A stretch of 63,256 nt of DNA, counting the filler, from Cercozoa sp. M6MM (lineage: Eukaryota > Protista > Endomyxa: Ascetosporea): assembly GCA_040357565.1 (NCBI GenBank). It is 10 parts of 10 records of this genome, joined end to end, with 100 filler letters (N's around TTAATTAATTAA, not from the genome) between each part and the next. Parts side by side here need not be neighbours in the genome. Positions count along the whole stretch, not along the records: positions 51,209 to 53,168 come from JBDODJ010001875.1; positions 53,269 to 58,063 come from JBDODJ010001049.1; positions 58,164 to 59,616 come from JBDODJ010002027.1; positions 59,717 to 63,256 come from JBDODJ010001413.1; 6 more parts are not named here. The stretch is one strand, 5' to 3'. The position numbers and the translations under genes are program-made. This document shows positions 51,947 through 63,256 of the stretch, one piece after another (the first letter of the stretch is position 1; the number at the start of each line of letters is the position of its first letter). The notes below the pieces were generated by a model that ran no database searches, was not told the origin of the DNA, and saw nothing but the letters and a program-made list of their open reading frames with translations.

Positions 51947-53168
51947 TCACCAGTCTTCCTCCTGTGCGCGCGCAAGGGAAAGTCATGGGGTTAGGGGGTT
52001 AGGGGGTTAGGGTTAGGGCAGGCAAGGTGTCAGGGTAGGTGTACAGCCTGCGACGACACCGAACTGCCCGACGGCGTGAGGCCCTCTCGCTCCGCCTGGA
52101 GGGAGGGTAGGTTAGGGGGTAACAAGGAGGGTGATGGCGGAGGGAGGTCTACCTTCTTCTTGGCCTTCTTGCGCAGCTTGGCGAGTTTCTTCAGTCGCGC
52201 CTCCTCGCGCGCCTTCTTCTCCGCCAGCTGACGTTGACGCGCCTGAGGCAACAGGCGGATAAACGGGAGGGGGGGTAAGGGGGNNNNNNNNNNNNNNNNN
52301 NNNNNNNNNNNNNNNNNNNNNNNNNNNNNNNNNNNNNNNNNNNNNNNNNNNNNNNNNNNNNNNNNNNNNNNNNNNNNNNNNNNCAGGGAGAGTAAGACAC
52401 CTTGTAGTTGGCCGTGCTCTCAACAACGCCAGTGTCTCGGATGCGACGGTTGCGCACCTGTCCAACACCCGGGTTTATAGGGGTAACAAGAGAAGAAGGG
52501 GGGCAACAAGAGGGGTAAGAACAGGGGTAAGAAGGGGGTAAGAAGGAGAGTAAGAACAGGGGGTAACAAGAGGGGTAAGAAGGGGTAAGAAGGGGTAAGA
52601 AGGGGGGTAAGAAGAGGGTGGATACCCACTCGGGCACGTCCTCGTCGCCGTTGGTACTGCGCGACACCGACACTGACGACGTCGTCGAATCGGCGCGTTC
52701 GCGCTTCTTCAGCAGCAGCTGTCGCCACGGGGGGGGGGGGTAAACAGGGGGGTAAACAGGGGGGTAAAGCCTACCTTGGCCTGCCACTCCGGCATGTCGC
52801 CAAATTCCTCTGCGACCAGGCGGACAAGAGGGGGGTAAACACAGCACAGCACCGCCAATACGGGCCCAGATCCAGGCAGAGAAGCTGCATACGCGAAGAA
52901 CCCTGCTCCGCCTGTTTCTGCTGCTCGCGCTCGCGTCGACGTGCCTGGGGTAAGGGGGTAAAGGAGGTCGGGGGGGCAGGGATAAACAGGAGGGGGTAAG
53001 GGGGAGGGTAAACAGGGGGGTAAAACTACCTCCAACTCCGCCAGTCGCTTCGCACGCGCCTGCTCCTTCAGCTTGGCGATACGCTACCGGGGGTAAGGGG
53101 GGGTAAGGAGGGGGTAAAGTAGGGGGGGGGTAAAGATGCACCTCGAGACGCTCGCGCTCCTCCGGCGA
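51947..53168 (-). CDS. Charged orphan protein C-terminus (PEW motifs, ends EEDW*)
   Basis: Short exons between TTACCCCC-rich introns; TGA at 51947-51949. Confidence 0.6.
51987..52018 (+). repeat. Interstitial telomere-like repeat TTAGGG(GG) x4 within an intron
   Basis: GGGG-TTAGGGGG-TTAGGGGG-TTAGGG-TTAGGG. Confidence 0.75.
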
Positions 53169-53332
53169 NNNNNNNNNNNNNNNNNNNNNNNNNNNNNNNN
53201 NNNNNNNNNNNNTTAATTAATTAANNNNNNNNNNNNNNNNNNNNNNNNNNNNNNNNNNNNNNNNNNNNACACACACACACAGACATACATACACATATAC
53301 ATAGGGAGAGACGGTACATAGAGACAGATGTA

Positions 53333-54351
53333 CCAAGTGCTGAATCTCCTGGGGAACCGAGTTGTTGCGCAGCAAGCGACGCACGCGAGCGAGCAGCAGG
53401 TCCCTCAGCTACGGCACGCGACAAGTCACACACACATACACACACATACACACACAGACACACAGACACACACAGACACACACACAGACACCAAGAAAGA
53501 TAATAAGTGAATACACCTGTCTCTGCGTCGCCCTGCCGTGTTGTGCGAGATCTAAAACAAAGGCACAATTTCACTCCCGCAAAGATACTGGATGGAGAAC
53601 AACGCTACCTTCGAAAACTGCACTGCCGAACGGGAAATCCGGTCGTCTCTGACGTGCCTGTGTACAAATACATCGTGCACAAGCATACACATAAAGGACA
53701 TTAATGAAGCATACCCAGGCAGCGTACAACGGGAACAGCGGCAGACACAGGAGCTGGACCTTGTCAAGCGCGTAGTGTGCCGACACTTGAGCTTTCACCT
53801 GCTCCTTGGCGATCACGACATTGTGCTGCAATTAGGGAGTCCTCATCCGTCCGCATCTCCAAAACCACTCAGTCAAGGAACAGAAGAAAACAGGTGCATA
53901 CGTGAATCAGCGACATCAGCGCTTTTCGCAATTCATTGTCGCTCACGCGCGAGTCGGTCCACGCACCCGTGTTGCAAATCTATTTTATAGAAATAGACGT
54001 TTTGGTAGAGAGAACGGCTACGGGTAGACTCACCTCATCCTTTAGTCGCTGCAAGGACAATTTGGCGCCGTCAAGTCGCAGCAGCGCCTGCACCACGGCC
54101 TAAAAAACAAAAGCAAAGATTCAAGATCACACGCACATTTCAAAGCAAAATGGACACAGCCTCATGTGCAAGCATGTGAACACACAGCAGGCGGCGCTGG
54201 GCACACCAGAAAACTACCACAAATCACTAGAAACCTCACAAATGTCGCCCAGCGATTGCCGCACGGCGCAGCACACCCAATCCACAAGGCGCTGATCCAT
54301 TTGCGGCCCACAATCCAAGCACGCCGCGGGTCGCGCAGGAATAGTCGACAT
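53333..54351 (-). CDS. RNA polymerase III subunit RPC3/RPC62-like, N-terminal part
   Basis: VRQSLGDICEAVVQALLR..LSLQRL..LRKALMSLIHHNVV..Y..PLFPLY matches the RPC62 first winged-helix pattern. Confidence 0.65.
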
Positions 54352-54538
54352 CCCCTCCCCCTTAAAGAGAGTGACCGAGGTTAAGTCTGCTGCTGGGCCT
54401 CTTTGACGACGTATGGCCGGGCAGAGAGTGCTTTAACACATTTTGGTTAGTGAGTTTTGTCCAAAGCCTGCAACAACGGTACCTTGCGGTGTTTACAGGG
54501 TTCTTGGGTTTGCTTTTTTATTTGTGTGTGGCGCATAG

Positions 54539-55704
54539 ATGCCAGAGAAAAGCGATAAGCAGGTGCTGGAGGAGGAGCAGTACCAAGGTGCTCTGCGTAG
54601 CATGATTAGCGCGCGCTATTACCCCGATGCGGAGCGGCTAAGACGCAAGGTACAGTGTGGTGTATGCTCGAATACCTGGAATGTCCGTGTGTCTCATCTC
54701 AGGAGCGACATCTGTGGCGACACGGAGATGCAATGGGCGACCGCACACTGTCGAGATTTGCTCAACAAGTCTCAGTGGCACCCGATCTGCGCTCGGAAGC
54801 GCCAACTCGCAGGCGGTACAACAAGCATATCACACATATCAAAAGACTCTTCTTGTGAATGTTGTGTGTGTGCACACATTGCAGTTTCAACGTTGACGCA
54901 CGTGGCATGCCGACACCAACGACACGCGTCGAACTTGGACTTGCCAATGTTGCTGCCACCAGCGAGGGTGAGGAAAATGGTCAGGGTGTTGCGAGCGACG
55001 CTGGTACTCGTACCGCCGATCAAACCGATCTTACCGTTAGCGAGAGAGACCTGAGTGTCCACAAGAAACGAGCCAAGTCACTCGCCGAACTCTCCGTTGA
55101 CTCGTTTCAGAAACATTTCATATCCGAGGGTAAGGCTGCTGTTGTCCGGTAGTTATTTGTCTATTTATTGGCCGCTCCTGCGCAGACGATGCGGCAGTCG
55201 CAAAGGATTTCGCAAGACAGCGCGTCCAACACCAAGTACAATGGATGCCGTTATGTGCGCCCCAGCATCGCAAATGCGTATGTGTGTGTGTGTGTGTGTG
55301 TGTAGATGATGTTCTCGTGGAAGCGTGATCACGAGCAACGCGCGGAAAAGCAGTTGTTGCAGATCGAAGCAGCCAAGCACTCTGGTACCGTGCCCGGGTT
55401 CTGTCGTTCCATGCATCTAGATCCTCGATGCACTCGCGGTTGTGCGATTGTGCAGGGAGAGATGCGCAGAAGCGTCTCGGTTTGCCAGAGTTACACGGCC
55501 GGGATACCGTATCTCCCCCTCGGAGCTTGTGCCTGTGTGTAATGCGTATGTGTTGTGTGCTTGGGAGAGTAGGACAGAGACGAGCGACAGATGCCGTTGA
55601 TGCTGGAGCACAAGAAGAACCAACGACATCTACTGACTTCGGTACTAACTCTCCTTTGTTCCACCCTTATGCCTCCATATCAGTGTGTGTGTGTGTGTGC
55701 ATGC

Positions 55705-55755
<51 letters not shown>

Positions 55756-55765
55756 NNNNNNNNNN

Positions 55766-55814
<49 letters not shown>

Positions 55815-56777
55815 GAACTCGAACAATCACAACTCAAAATCCTGGACAACGTACTCCGACTATACAACTACTTCTGCTCATTCGCGTATGTGCATACGTT
55901 GTTGCACGTACAGGAACCGCAGATTCTGCCAGATAACACACGATTTCCCGACATGGGCGCTCGTATTTTTCTCTGTCTGGCATTTAAATCAACGCAAAAA
56001 AGAGGCATGTAGGCATTGGACTGCGGCCACGTGCGAGGCGTCAGGCACCTGGGCCCACCGCCGATCAAGATCGCTACGTGGCGCTGCCTGCGGCACTGCA
56101 GGAGGAGGAACGCCGCCGGCAACTCTTGCGCCAGGGTGCCTCGGCCGAGACTATTGAGCAGGTACCACTAAACCGGTGATCTGGATACATGCCTTTCTAC
56201 CTACGTCTGTGACCCACTCAGATTCTAAACGCCGAAAAGGAAAAGAGAAAGAGTACCACATTTAAACAGGGTTGTGTCGATTTCCTGTTCACTCTCATCC
56301 TTTTCTGTGCAGCCGAAGAGCAGCAAATTGAAACCTTGCATAGCGAGGAACGCCAATTCCGAATGAAAGAGCGTCCCCGGTAGCCCAATTGAAGTGCCTT
56401 TGTGACTCTCAATGTATGTGTCTTTAACAGCAATGAGCGCATTTTACTTCGACTCACCGCCGACGCAGCTCGTAGGTACCTGGCGACTCTATTGTGTCCG
56501 CCTCCAGTGTGGCAACCCTCTCCACACCTACGCACAGAAAGCAAGAGCAGAGTCAACGCCAGCAGCAACAACGCACAGGTGCCATGGGACTGACACCTGC
56601 TGCGCATCGTCTCCTTGCTGCCGGTGCGGTTTTACTTACGCGCTTTTCGCACGGCTACCTGTGAACGGCGTTATTTTTGTAGCAACGCCGGCTTTACGCA
56701 CCTCAAGTCGCATGCGACGTGGCTACGCCTCCACGCCAGCTTTTCGCACACCGGGCGCCACAGCGCAGCGCGTGTAA
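54539..56777 (+). CDS. ESS2: Splicing factor ESS2/DGCR14
   Basis: QVLEEEQYQGALRSMISARYYPDAERLR; LSVDSFQKHFISEDD; NTRF; C-terminal TP-rich tail. Confidence 0.8.
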
Positions 56778-57433
56778 CCCTTATATCAACCCACTGTCCC
56801 GCTTAAAAACACTGTTTTATTTTCGAATGTAGCCGACGCACTGTGCGGAAGAAACCGCGGAAGTGAATTCGTTGCGTTGGGCCGGCGGGGGAACTGCCGA
56901 TATTTTGACAGCATCGCATATCGTATCATCGAGTTAGTGGATACGAGTTAGCGTAGCAAACTGTTACTGACGGTTGTTACTGACGATAAAAGAAGTAAGT
57001 CGTCAATTAGACGAAGCGAGGGAATCAATGATTCAGTTAGTAGAAGCGAAGTGAAGAATTACCCCAACTCGAACTGGGTTCTTACGTCAAACTAGACGGA
57101 GTTGTAGACGGAAGTAACAGGGAAAATCGTGAGAAGATAAAAAAAAAACCCCTCTCTCAGCTGCAGCCAATGCTTACTTGTAGAGGTGGATATCAGTACA
57201 AACTGCAGAGCAACTGACCAGCTTTGCCGACTGGCAGGCTCAATCTACAGGGACAGGCTTTCAGACAGGTCCAGTCACAGCTCTATAGGCAGTAGTAGTA
57301 CCGCAGAGCCACAAACTCTTAACTCTTCTTTCTCTTTTGCTTCAATGATGGGAGACCAACTGGTCTGTCTGGGTTTATCCCCGCGGAGACTGCATAATCT
57401 GCGTCAGTCTGTAACAAAACCGGCGGCCCTTTG

Positions 57434-57499
57434 AGAGCATGGCCTGACCCACCCCGGTCTGGTGCAGGGGACTACTTCTTAGTTGGTTTCTTTTAAGAC
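57434..57499 (+). mobile_element. Dispersed structured repeat, short copy B
   Basis: TGACCCACCCCGGTCTGGTGCAGGGGACTAC..TAGTTGGTTTC..AAGAC matches 60065-60117. Confidence 0.65.
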
Positions 57500-58163
57500 C
57501 CCAGCTCCAGTCCTTGCAGTTCTCCCGGCTCCTGTCCTCGCACTCACGCGTAATCCCTTGCTGCTGACTTCTCAGCACAGAGAGCCTTTTTACGTCCCTC
57601 TCCTTTTTCCTTCCTTCTTCTGACTGCCGGGCCTCTTCCTTCCGACCAGTCTGCCTTCCTGTAGTTTGCTGACCCTATGGGTATTTTTTCCTGGCATAGT
57701 GGTTTTTTTGCACTGCCAAAGCCCGAATTTCTTTCGGCTGCGGCAACAAGTCTATTAAGAAACCAACGCGACTACCGACTTCAGCTTATTCGACTATCGG
57801 TCTATGCATTCCCGTCCTCTCGTCTCAGTCTTTCGTTTGTAGCTCAGTGTTATCCAAAATGTGCTAGCGGCGTTGGTCTCTGACTGCGGGAAAACTGAAT
57901 GCTATGCAGCTTTTGTTCCGGGCCATTCGTGCTTGGCTCACTCACTCATAGATTTAGCTGGGTGCACTCGGCCAAGGACGCCGACGCCTCCTAAAAGGCG
58001 TGAGCCTGCACGTGGAGCTCGCACAAACACGCATAATAATTTGGGCCATCACCAGTTGGGGGGNNNNNNNNNNNNNNNNNNNNNNNNNNNNNNNNNNNNN
58101 NNNNNNNTTAATTAATTAANNNNNNNNNNNNNNNNNNNNNNNNNNNNNNNNNNNNNNNNNNNN

Positions 58164-58209
<46 letters not shown>

Positions 58210-58256
58210 TTTAACCTCTTACTTCGCATGTCTTGGTTCCTGTCTCTGTTGCGCAG

Positions 58257-59553
58257 ATTGTTCGTAAAGACATGCATCAGTTGAAAGACGTCACCACAAC
58301 GGTATTCGCCTCCATCCACGTGGACGGAGCGTGTGCGTGACCGTCGTGTGTATCCGCGCGGACACCGTTCCTGTATGTGTGCACAGAGAAAGATGGCGCG
58401 TCTGCTGTCGCGCGAGGCGCGGTTGCTCAGGAGGAAGCAGCTGCTGGCGCAGCCTACCGATTCGGACCGAGAGGTAACCTGGTCCAGCTGTACCGGTCCG
58501 TTTTGTACTGGTCCATTTGTACCGGTCTGTTTTGCCTGGCTACAGGACGAGGAGGCGAGTCACCAGGTCGAACATGAGCAGCAGGAGCCTATGGCGGAAC
58601 AGGTGCTTTTCATCCTCACGTTGACCTTTCGCTTTACCCCCCCCCCCCCCTACAGTTGATCCCGAGCGACGAAAAGGTCGGCCCGGAGCACTTTGATCTT
58701 CTCAAGGTAGCACTCATGCCTCCATGAGACCCNNNNNNNNNNNNNNNNNNNNNNNNNNNNNNNNNNNNNNNNNNNNNNNNNNNNNNNNNNNNNNNNNNNN
58801 NNNNNNNNNNNNNNNNNNNNNNNNNNNNNNNNCTTCGGCAAAGTCATGCAGGTGCGCAAGAAGGACACTGGCGTTATCTACGCCATGAAGGTAGTGTTGC
58901 GTCTTGCCTTTCCTACACCTTGTTACGTTTCCCATGTAGATCCTCAAGAAGAGCGCCATCGTGGCGCGCAATCAGGTTTTACCCCTCCTTTCCGATTTTT
59001 CCGCCGGCGCCCCCCCCGGTACTTGTCCATGTGAGGCAGGTCGAGCACACCAAGGCAGAGCGCAAGATTTTGCAGACGCTGCAGCACCCGTTTCTCATGC
59101 GTCTGCGCTACGCCTTCCAGACCAAGGTGCGATGCTTTAGCCCCCCCCCCCCCCCACACACACTTCCTTCAACTTTTGGTGCAGGGCAAGCTGTACTTTG
59201 TGCTGGACTACTATCGCGGCGGCGAGTTGTTCTTCCATCTCAAGCAAAAGCGACGCTTCACGGAGGCTGAGGTTTTACTGCCCTCCCCCACCCCTTTAGC
59301 CCCTCCCCAATGCCGTTGTACACACTTAGGCACGCATTATTGTGGGCGAGGTTGGTCTCGCCATTGGTCACCTGCATTCGCTTGACGTCATCTATCGCGA
59401 TTTGAGTACACTGACGTTTTCCCCCCCCCCCCCCCCCCACACACACACACGCACACGCACACGCACCTTACCTTCTTTACCCCCTGGGTGTACAGAGCCG
59501 GAGAACATTCTGCTGGACCATGATGGTCACCTGTGCCTTACGGACTTTGGTTT
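58257..59553 (+). CDS. AGC Ser/Thr kinase (Akt/SGK/S6K-like), partial
   Basis: FGKVMQVRKKDTGVIYAMKILKK, VEHTKAERKIL, GGELFFHL, YRDLKPENILLD, DFG. Confidence 0.93.
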
Positions 59554-59569
59554 GGTAACTTTTTAACCC

Positions 59570-59616
<47 letters not shown>

Positions 59617-59716
59617 NNNNNNNNNNNNNNNNNNNNNNNNNNNNNNNNNNNNNNNNNNNNTTAATTAATTAANNNNNNNNNNNNNNNNNNNNNNNNNNNN
59701 NNNNNNNNNNNNNNNN

Positions 59717-60131
59717 GCAACACTCAACAGAATGCACCAAGGCACCAAGATCTCCTGGGACGAAGAAGCAACTGTCGAAGGACAACCAGCCTCCCAGCAG
59801 GTAATGGACCGAGAGGTCCCCGACATAGACTAGGCCACCACTCACAGCAGTGGTGGCCCCAAGTCTATGTCTGATTGCTTGCTTCGTTATCGAGTGGAGA
59901 GGCGGGAGGACGACGACGGGACGACCGACACCGCCTGCGACGCCTCTCTACTTGTAGCCCGCTACCTGCACCAACCATGAAGTCGACTTCTGTGTCTGGG
60001 GAACGTCAAAAGGGGAGTTGTATGGTCCTACCCTAAGCGGGCGGTAGACACGGCCATGCTCTTGTGACCCACCCCAGACTGGTGCAGGGGAACTACATAG
60101 TTGGTTTCCTAGAAGACTCAACTAACTAACT
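59717..60131 (+). mobile_element. Putative retroelement 3' end: ORF terminus, structured 3' UTR and (AACT)n tail (copy C)
   Basis: Open frame from the contig edge to TAG 59833, several long hairpins, tail CAACTAACTAACT; homologous to copies A and B. Confidence 0.55.
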
Positions 60132-60251
60132 GTCACTGTATGTTTCGGTAGACGTAAGTAAACGAGGCGGTGAGTCGTTGCCCGATGATAGTGACCACCA
60201 AACGGATAAAACCCGGTGCCGCATTTAAGTGCTTCACGCGATTTTGCGTAG

Positions 60252-63181
60252 AGCAGGCCTGTGTGGCATGTCCCGAAAGGAGTCATATGGGAGCGCGGCG
60301 CGCCTACAGTACAGTACCCATATTTCACTGTTCCTGAAAATCCGACAGTTTTTTGTAGATGGCTGGAGTGGCTCCGCGCTGGCGGTGCGATTCCAGAGAA
60401 CGACGATGCAGTCGAACTTATTACACATATGCTACGGGATGGTTGCATTCTCAGCGAGGACACCCGCCTCATGTATAGATACCTCGGTGAAGCACTTTTG
60501 TTTGTCGGCAACAACTGGGAAAGGTACCAAGTGCCTTGTGCCTCGCGTTGTCACTGTGTTTTATACTGACGGATAGAAACGAAGACATGACACCAAAACT
60601 CCAGGACGACATGCAGCACATGCGAAATTTGCTCAGAAAAGCGTTTTGCTGGCGACGATCGTCAGTGCTGGTGGGGGACAGGTTCGAGGGTGTGGAGCGT
60701 TTGCAGGATAGCATCGCAGACATAAGACGCAAGTGGGAGAATGACTTTGGCGCGCAGATGCTGGATGTGCTCATTGCGTCGATGATTAGGAAGCACGAGA
60801 ATAATGTCCACCCGTCCTCGCGCTTTAATCGGGACTTAGTTCTCTTTTTGAACGAGCAGGGCATGCTGCTTTCTGACAGTGAGGTGAGTTCCCCTTCCGC
60901 GATTCTTCCTTCTTACAGCGCTGCATTCTCGAGCCCGTTGTTTTGTAGCTGTGTGGACACATACCGCAACTCTTGGTTCTCGGAATGCCGTTGTTCTGGG
61001 AGCCGTGGGTCAGGCAGCACACCTCACAGACTCGGGTTTCGATTTCGATCGTGTGGTTCACGGAGGAGCTGTCGCCTCTGCGCCGCCGATGCTGGTCTCT
61101 GATGCTGGAAGCAATGAGGCGTCGTTGGTGCTTGAGCTCTTCGCTGTCGGGTGAACTTGCCCGGCAGCATGTCTTCCTGTACGAAGGTGCCTTTTTGCTT
61201 CCTTTTTTCTGTCTATTTATCTCTCAACTTGTATTTGCTTGGTGTTTTGCCAGACGTCATGCAACGTTTTCTGACTTGTTTAAAAATCGAGACGAAATGG
61301 ACTTTTTTAGAAAACCAATGCTACGCCAGCCCGGCAGTCGATGAGTCATACGAAAGCGTATGGGTATTTCGCTTGCATGCGTAAGCGAAACGTTCCTTGC
61401 TGCTTGTAGCTTTTTTTGTCGGTATGCAGACTAAAAACGAGGAGGAGGAACTTCCTTTTTGCGCGAGATTATGCGAGTTGACTTGTTTGATTTGTCCTCG
61501 CGAGGAACGGTATCGTTTGATTCCAATGTCGCAACTCGTCAAGCAACTCGCCTACCCATAGTGTGTCCTTTTTTCGGTGACCCTTCCGGTGCTTCATAGT
61601 ATCGCTATTCTTTTTTGTTGCAGTAAGACACCGCAACCCGGGTCGATTTGGTGTGGCCTACAGACGTTCGCTTTTGAGATCGCACCTCTTTTTATCAATG
61701 TCGACTCGCTATGTCCACCGCTGAGTATTTTGCGTCGTCGTGCGGCCAAGTGTCTGTTTGCACTCGCGTGCGTCAAACACAAGGTACATTTTCCACACTG
61801 CTTAGATTGCCGAGTATAAATTGACTGTTGTAGGCAATTGACTTGCACGCGCTGCCGCTATTGCTTGAAGAGTTAAACAAGACAGACTTTGTGTGCGTCA
61901 ACGAGAAGATGAAGTCGCTTGCTGCCGACTGTGATGTTGCTACCATTTTCAACAAAGTGCATCACCAGCTCGCTAAACTCTACTTGAGGTACGAATGCAC
62001 AGCAGTGCAACGACTGCTTCTTCACTTTGTTTCAATGTGCAGTCGCATTCCCGCCGAAGTGGCGGACGGAATCCCTCAGTCGGAACCCGAGTACCCGATG
62101 GTAAATTTACCTTCCCGTGTTTTGTGTTTGAGTTTTTGCATTGCATCTTACGCTATGTTGTATGAGGGTAGGTTCAGCAACTCATGTTTTCCGAGTCAGA
62201 CCAGCAATGCATGCCACTCGCTGTCCTACACCTTGCCTCTCAGGTATCATTCTCAACTGAGTTAACTGAAATACACAGTTGTTTTTTGTGTCTGAAGTTG
62301 CGAGAAGACTTGTTCACGGTTAAAGGTATTGCTACGTCGACTTTTTGTCTCCTTCTGTTAGGTTTGCTGGTGTGCAGAGTATGTGAGAGCATCCAAACAC
62401 AACAGCGAGGCGCAGCTTGGCCCTCTCCTGGTGCTCGACGCGCAGAGCGAACTGATGCAGCGCGTGCGTCTAGCTTGCTCTCCTGCTGGTATCTTCTAGC
62501 AACACGTGAGTATGCCTATCACAAATGTGCGTTCCCTCATGCAACAGCTTGGCATTCACGTGCCTACATGGCGATGCATGCATGGACCGAAAACACTGCT
62601 TTGCTGTCGGTTTGTCCCTTCAAGTACTACCAACGCCATTGGCTGCGGCACGCGCACCTGATGGCCGGTCTTCCGTTCAATGGCAGACGTCAACACAGCG
62701 AGAGCTACGTGACCGAGCTGTCAACAGATCCTCGCCACTTGTTCACTGTGCTCTGCAAGGCAGTTATCCGACGTAGCGTCATCGAGCAAGTGGATCCGAA
62801 CTTCGACGGCGAGGATAGTCGCAAGTGGTTGGACTATCTGGTGAAACGGCTCTCACGACGACGTCGCACATTGCGCACGCAGCACCGTGTGGCAGCTGCC
62901 ATGAAGCAGTGCGGCATTCGTGTAAGATCGGCAGTCTCGCTCATCTCGGTGCAGTGATATAACTTTTCTGTCTTGCCAAACGGGATGTTGCATTCATTCG
63001 GGGTGTGCAGAGCGTTCTGGATGACTTGACCGCCAAAGCGGCGGTGTGTCAGCGCCTAGCGGTTGCCCTCGACGAGAACGACAAGCCTTGGCGCTGTTGC
63101 GATGTGGAACACGCGGTGCGCTGCGGAGTTCCTTCTTCGACTATCACACAAGTACTGCAATGACATCTGATTGTTTATTGA

Positions 63182-63216
<35 letters not shown>

Positions 63217-63256
63217 AGCACCGGTGACGGCGTCAGAGCGGAAGAGCGTCGTGTAG
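60252..63256 (+). CDS. Large multi-exon orphan protein (ends uncertain)
   Basis: Successive ORFs (WHVPKG.., NEDMTPKL.., IDLHALP.., YAYHKC..) are joined by GT-AG introns. No family recognised. Confidence 0.55.

Noticed and set aside
59572-59616. 45-nt poly-G run
   Set aside because: It sits at a contig end and is most likely a sequencing artefact or collapsed homopolymer.
60080-60112. Helitron 3' end (hairpin plus CTAG)
   Set aside because: CTAG is not followed by T and is absent from the other two copies.

Overview
This is intron-rich eukaryotic (protist-like) genomic DNA in the standard genetic code; I could not determine the taxon. The window is about 10 contigs joined by artificial 100-nt N/TTAATTAATTAA/N linkers, so adjacency across a linker is not synteny. 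Genes are densely packed and broken by many short GT-AG introns (mostly 50-120 nt), so the ORF track is fragmentary and I spliced the genes by hand. Recognisable genes: PUF, a cytochrome P450, PDAT/LCAT, DDX60-like helicase, Prp43/DHX15, FAD oxidoreductase, RlmN-like radical SAM enzyme, eIF2-beta, Pol I/III AC19, EXO1, thioredoxin, CUEDC1-like, RPN6, eIF3f, RPC62-like, ESS2 and an AGC kinase, plus several orphan and coiled-coil genes. Best leads: (1) a dispersed non-coding element in three copies whose long RNA stem-loop shows compensatory base changes, probably the structured 3' end of an unclassified retroelement or an ncRNA; (2) weak GTAY-type 5' splice sites, including one where a perfect GTGAGT appears to be skipped; (3) a P450 resembling the animal mitochondrial clan; (4) a tail-anchored RlmN with a Cys cluster; (5) an unannotated 53-aa Cys-rich microprotein.
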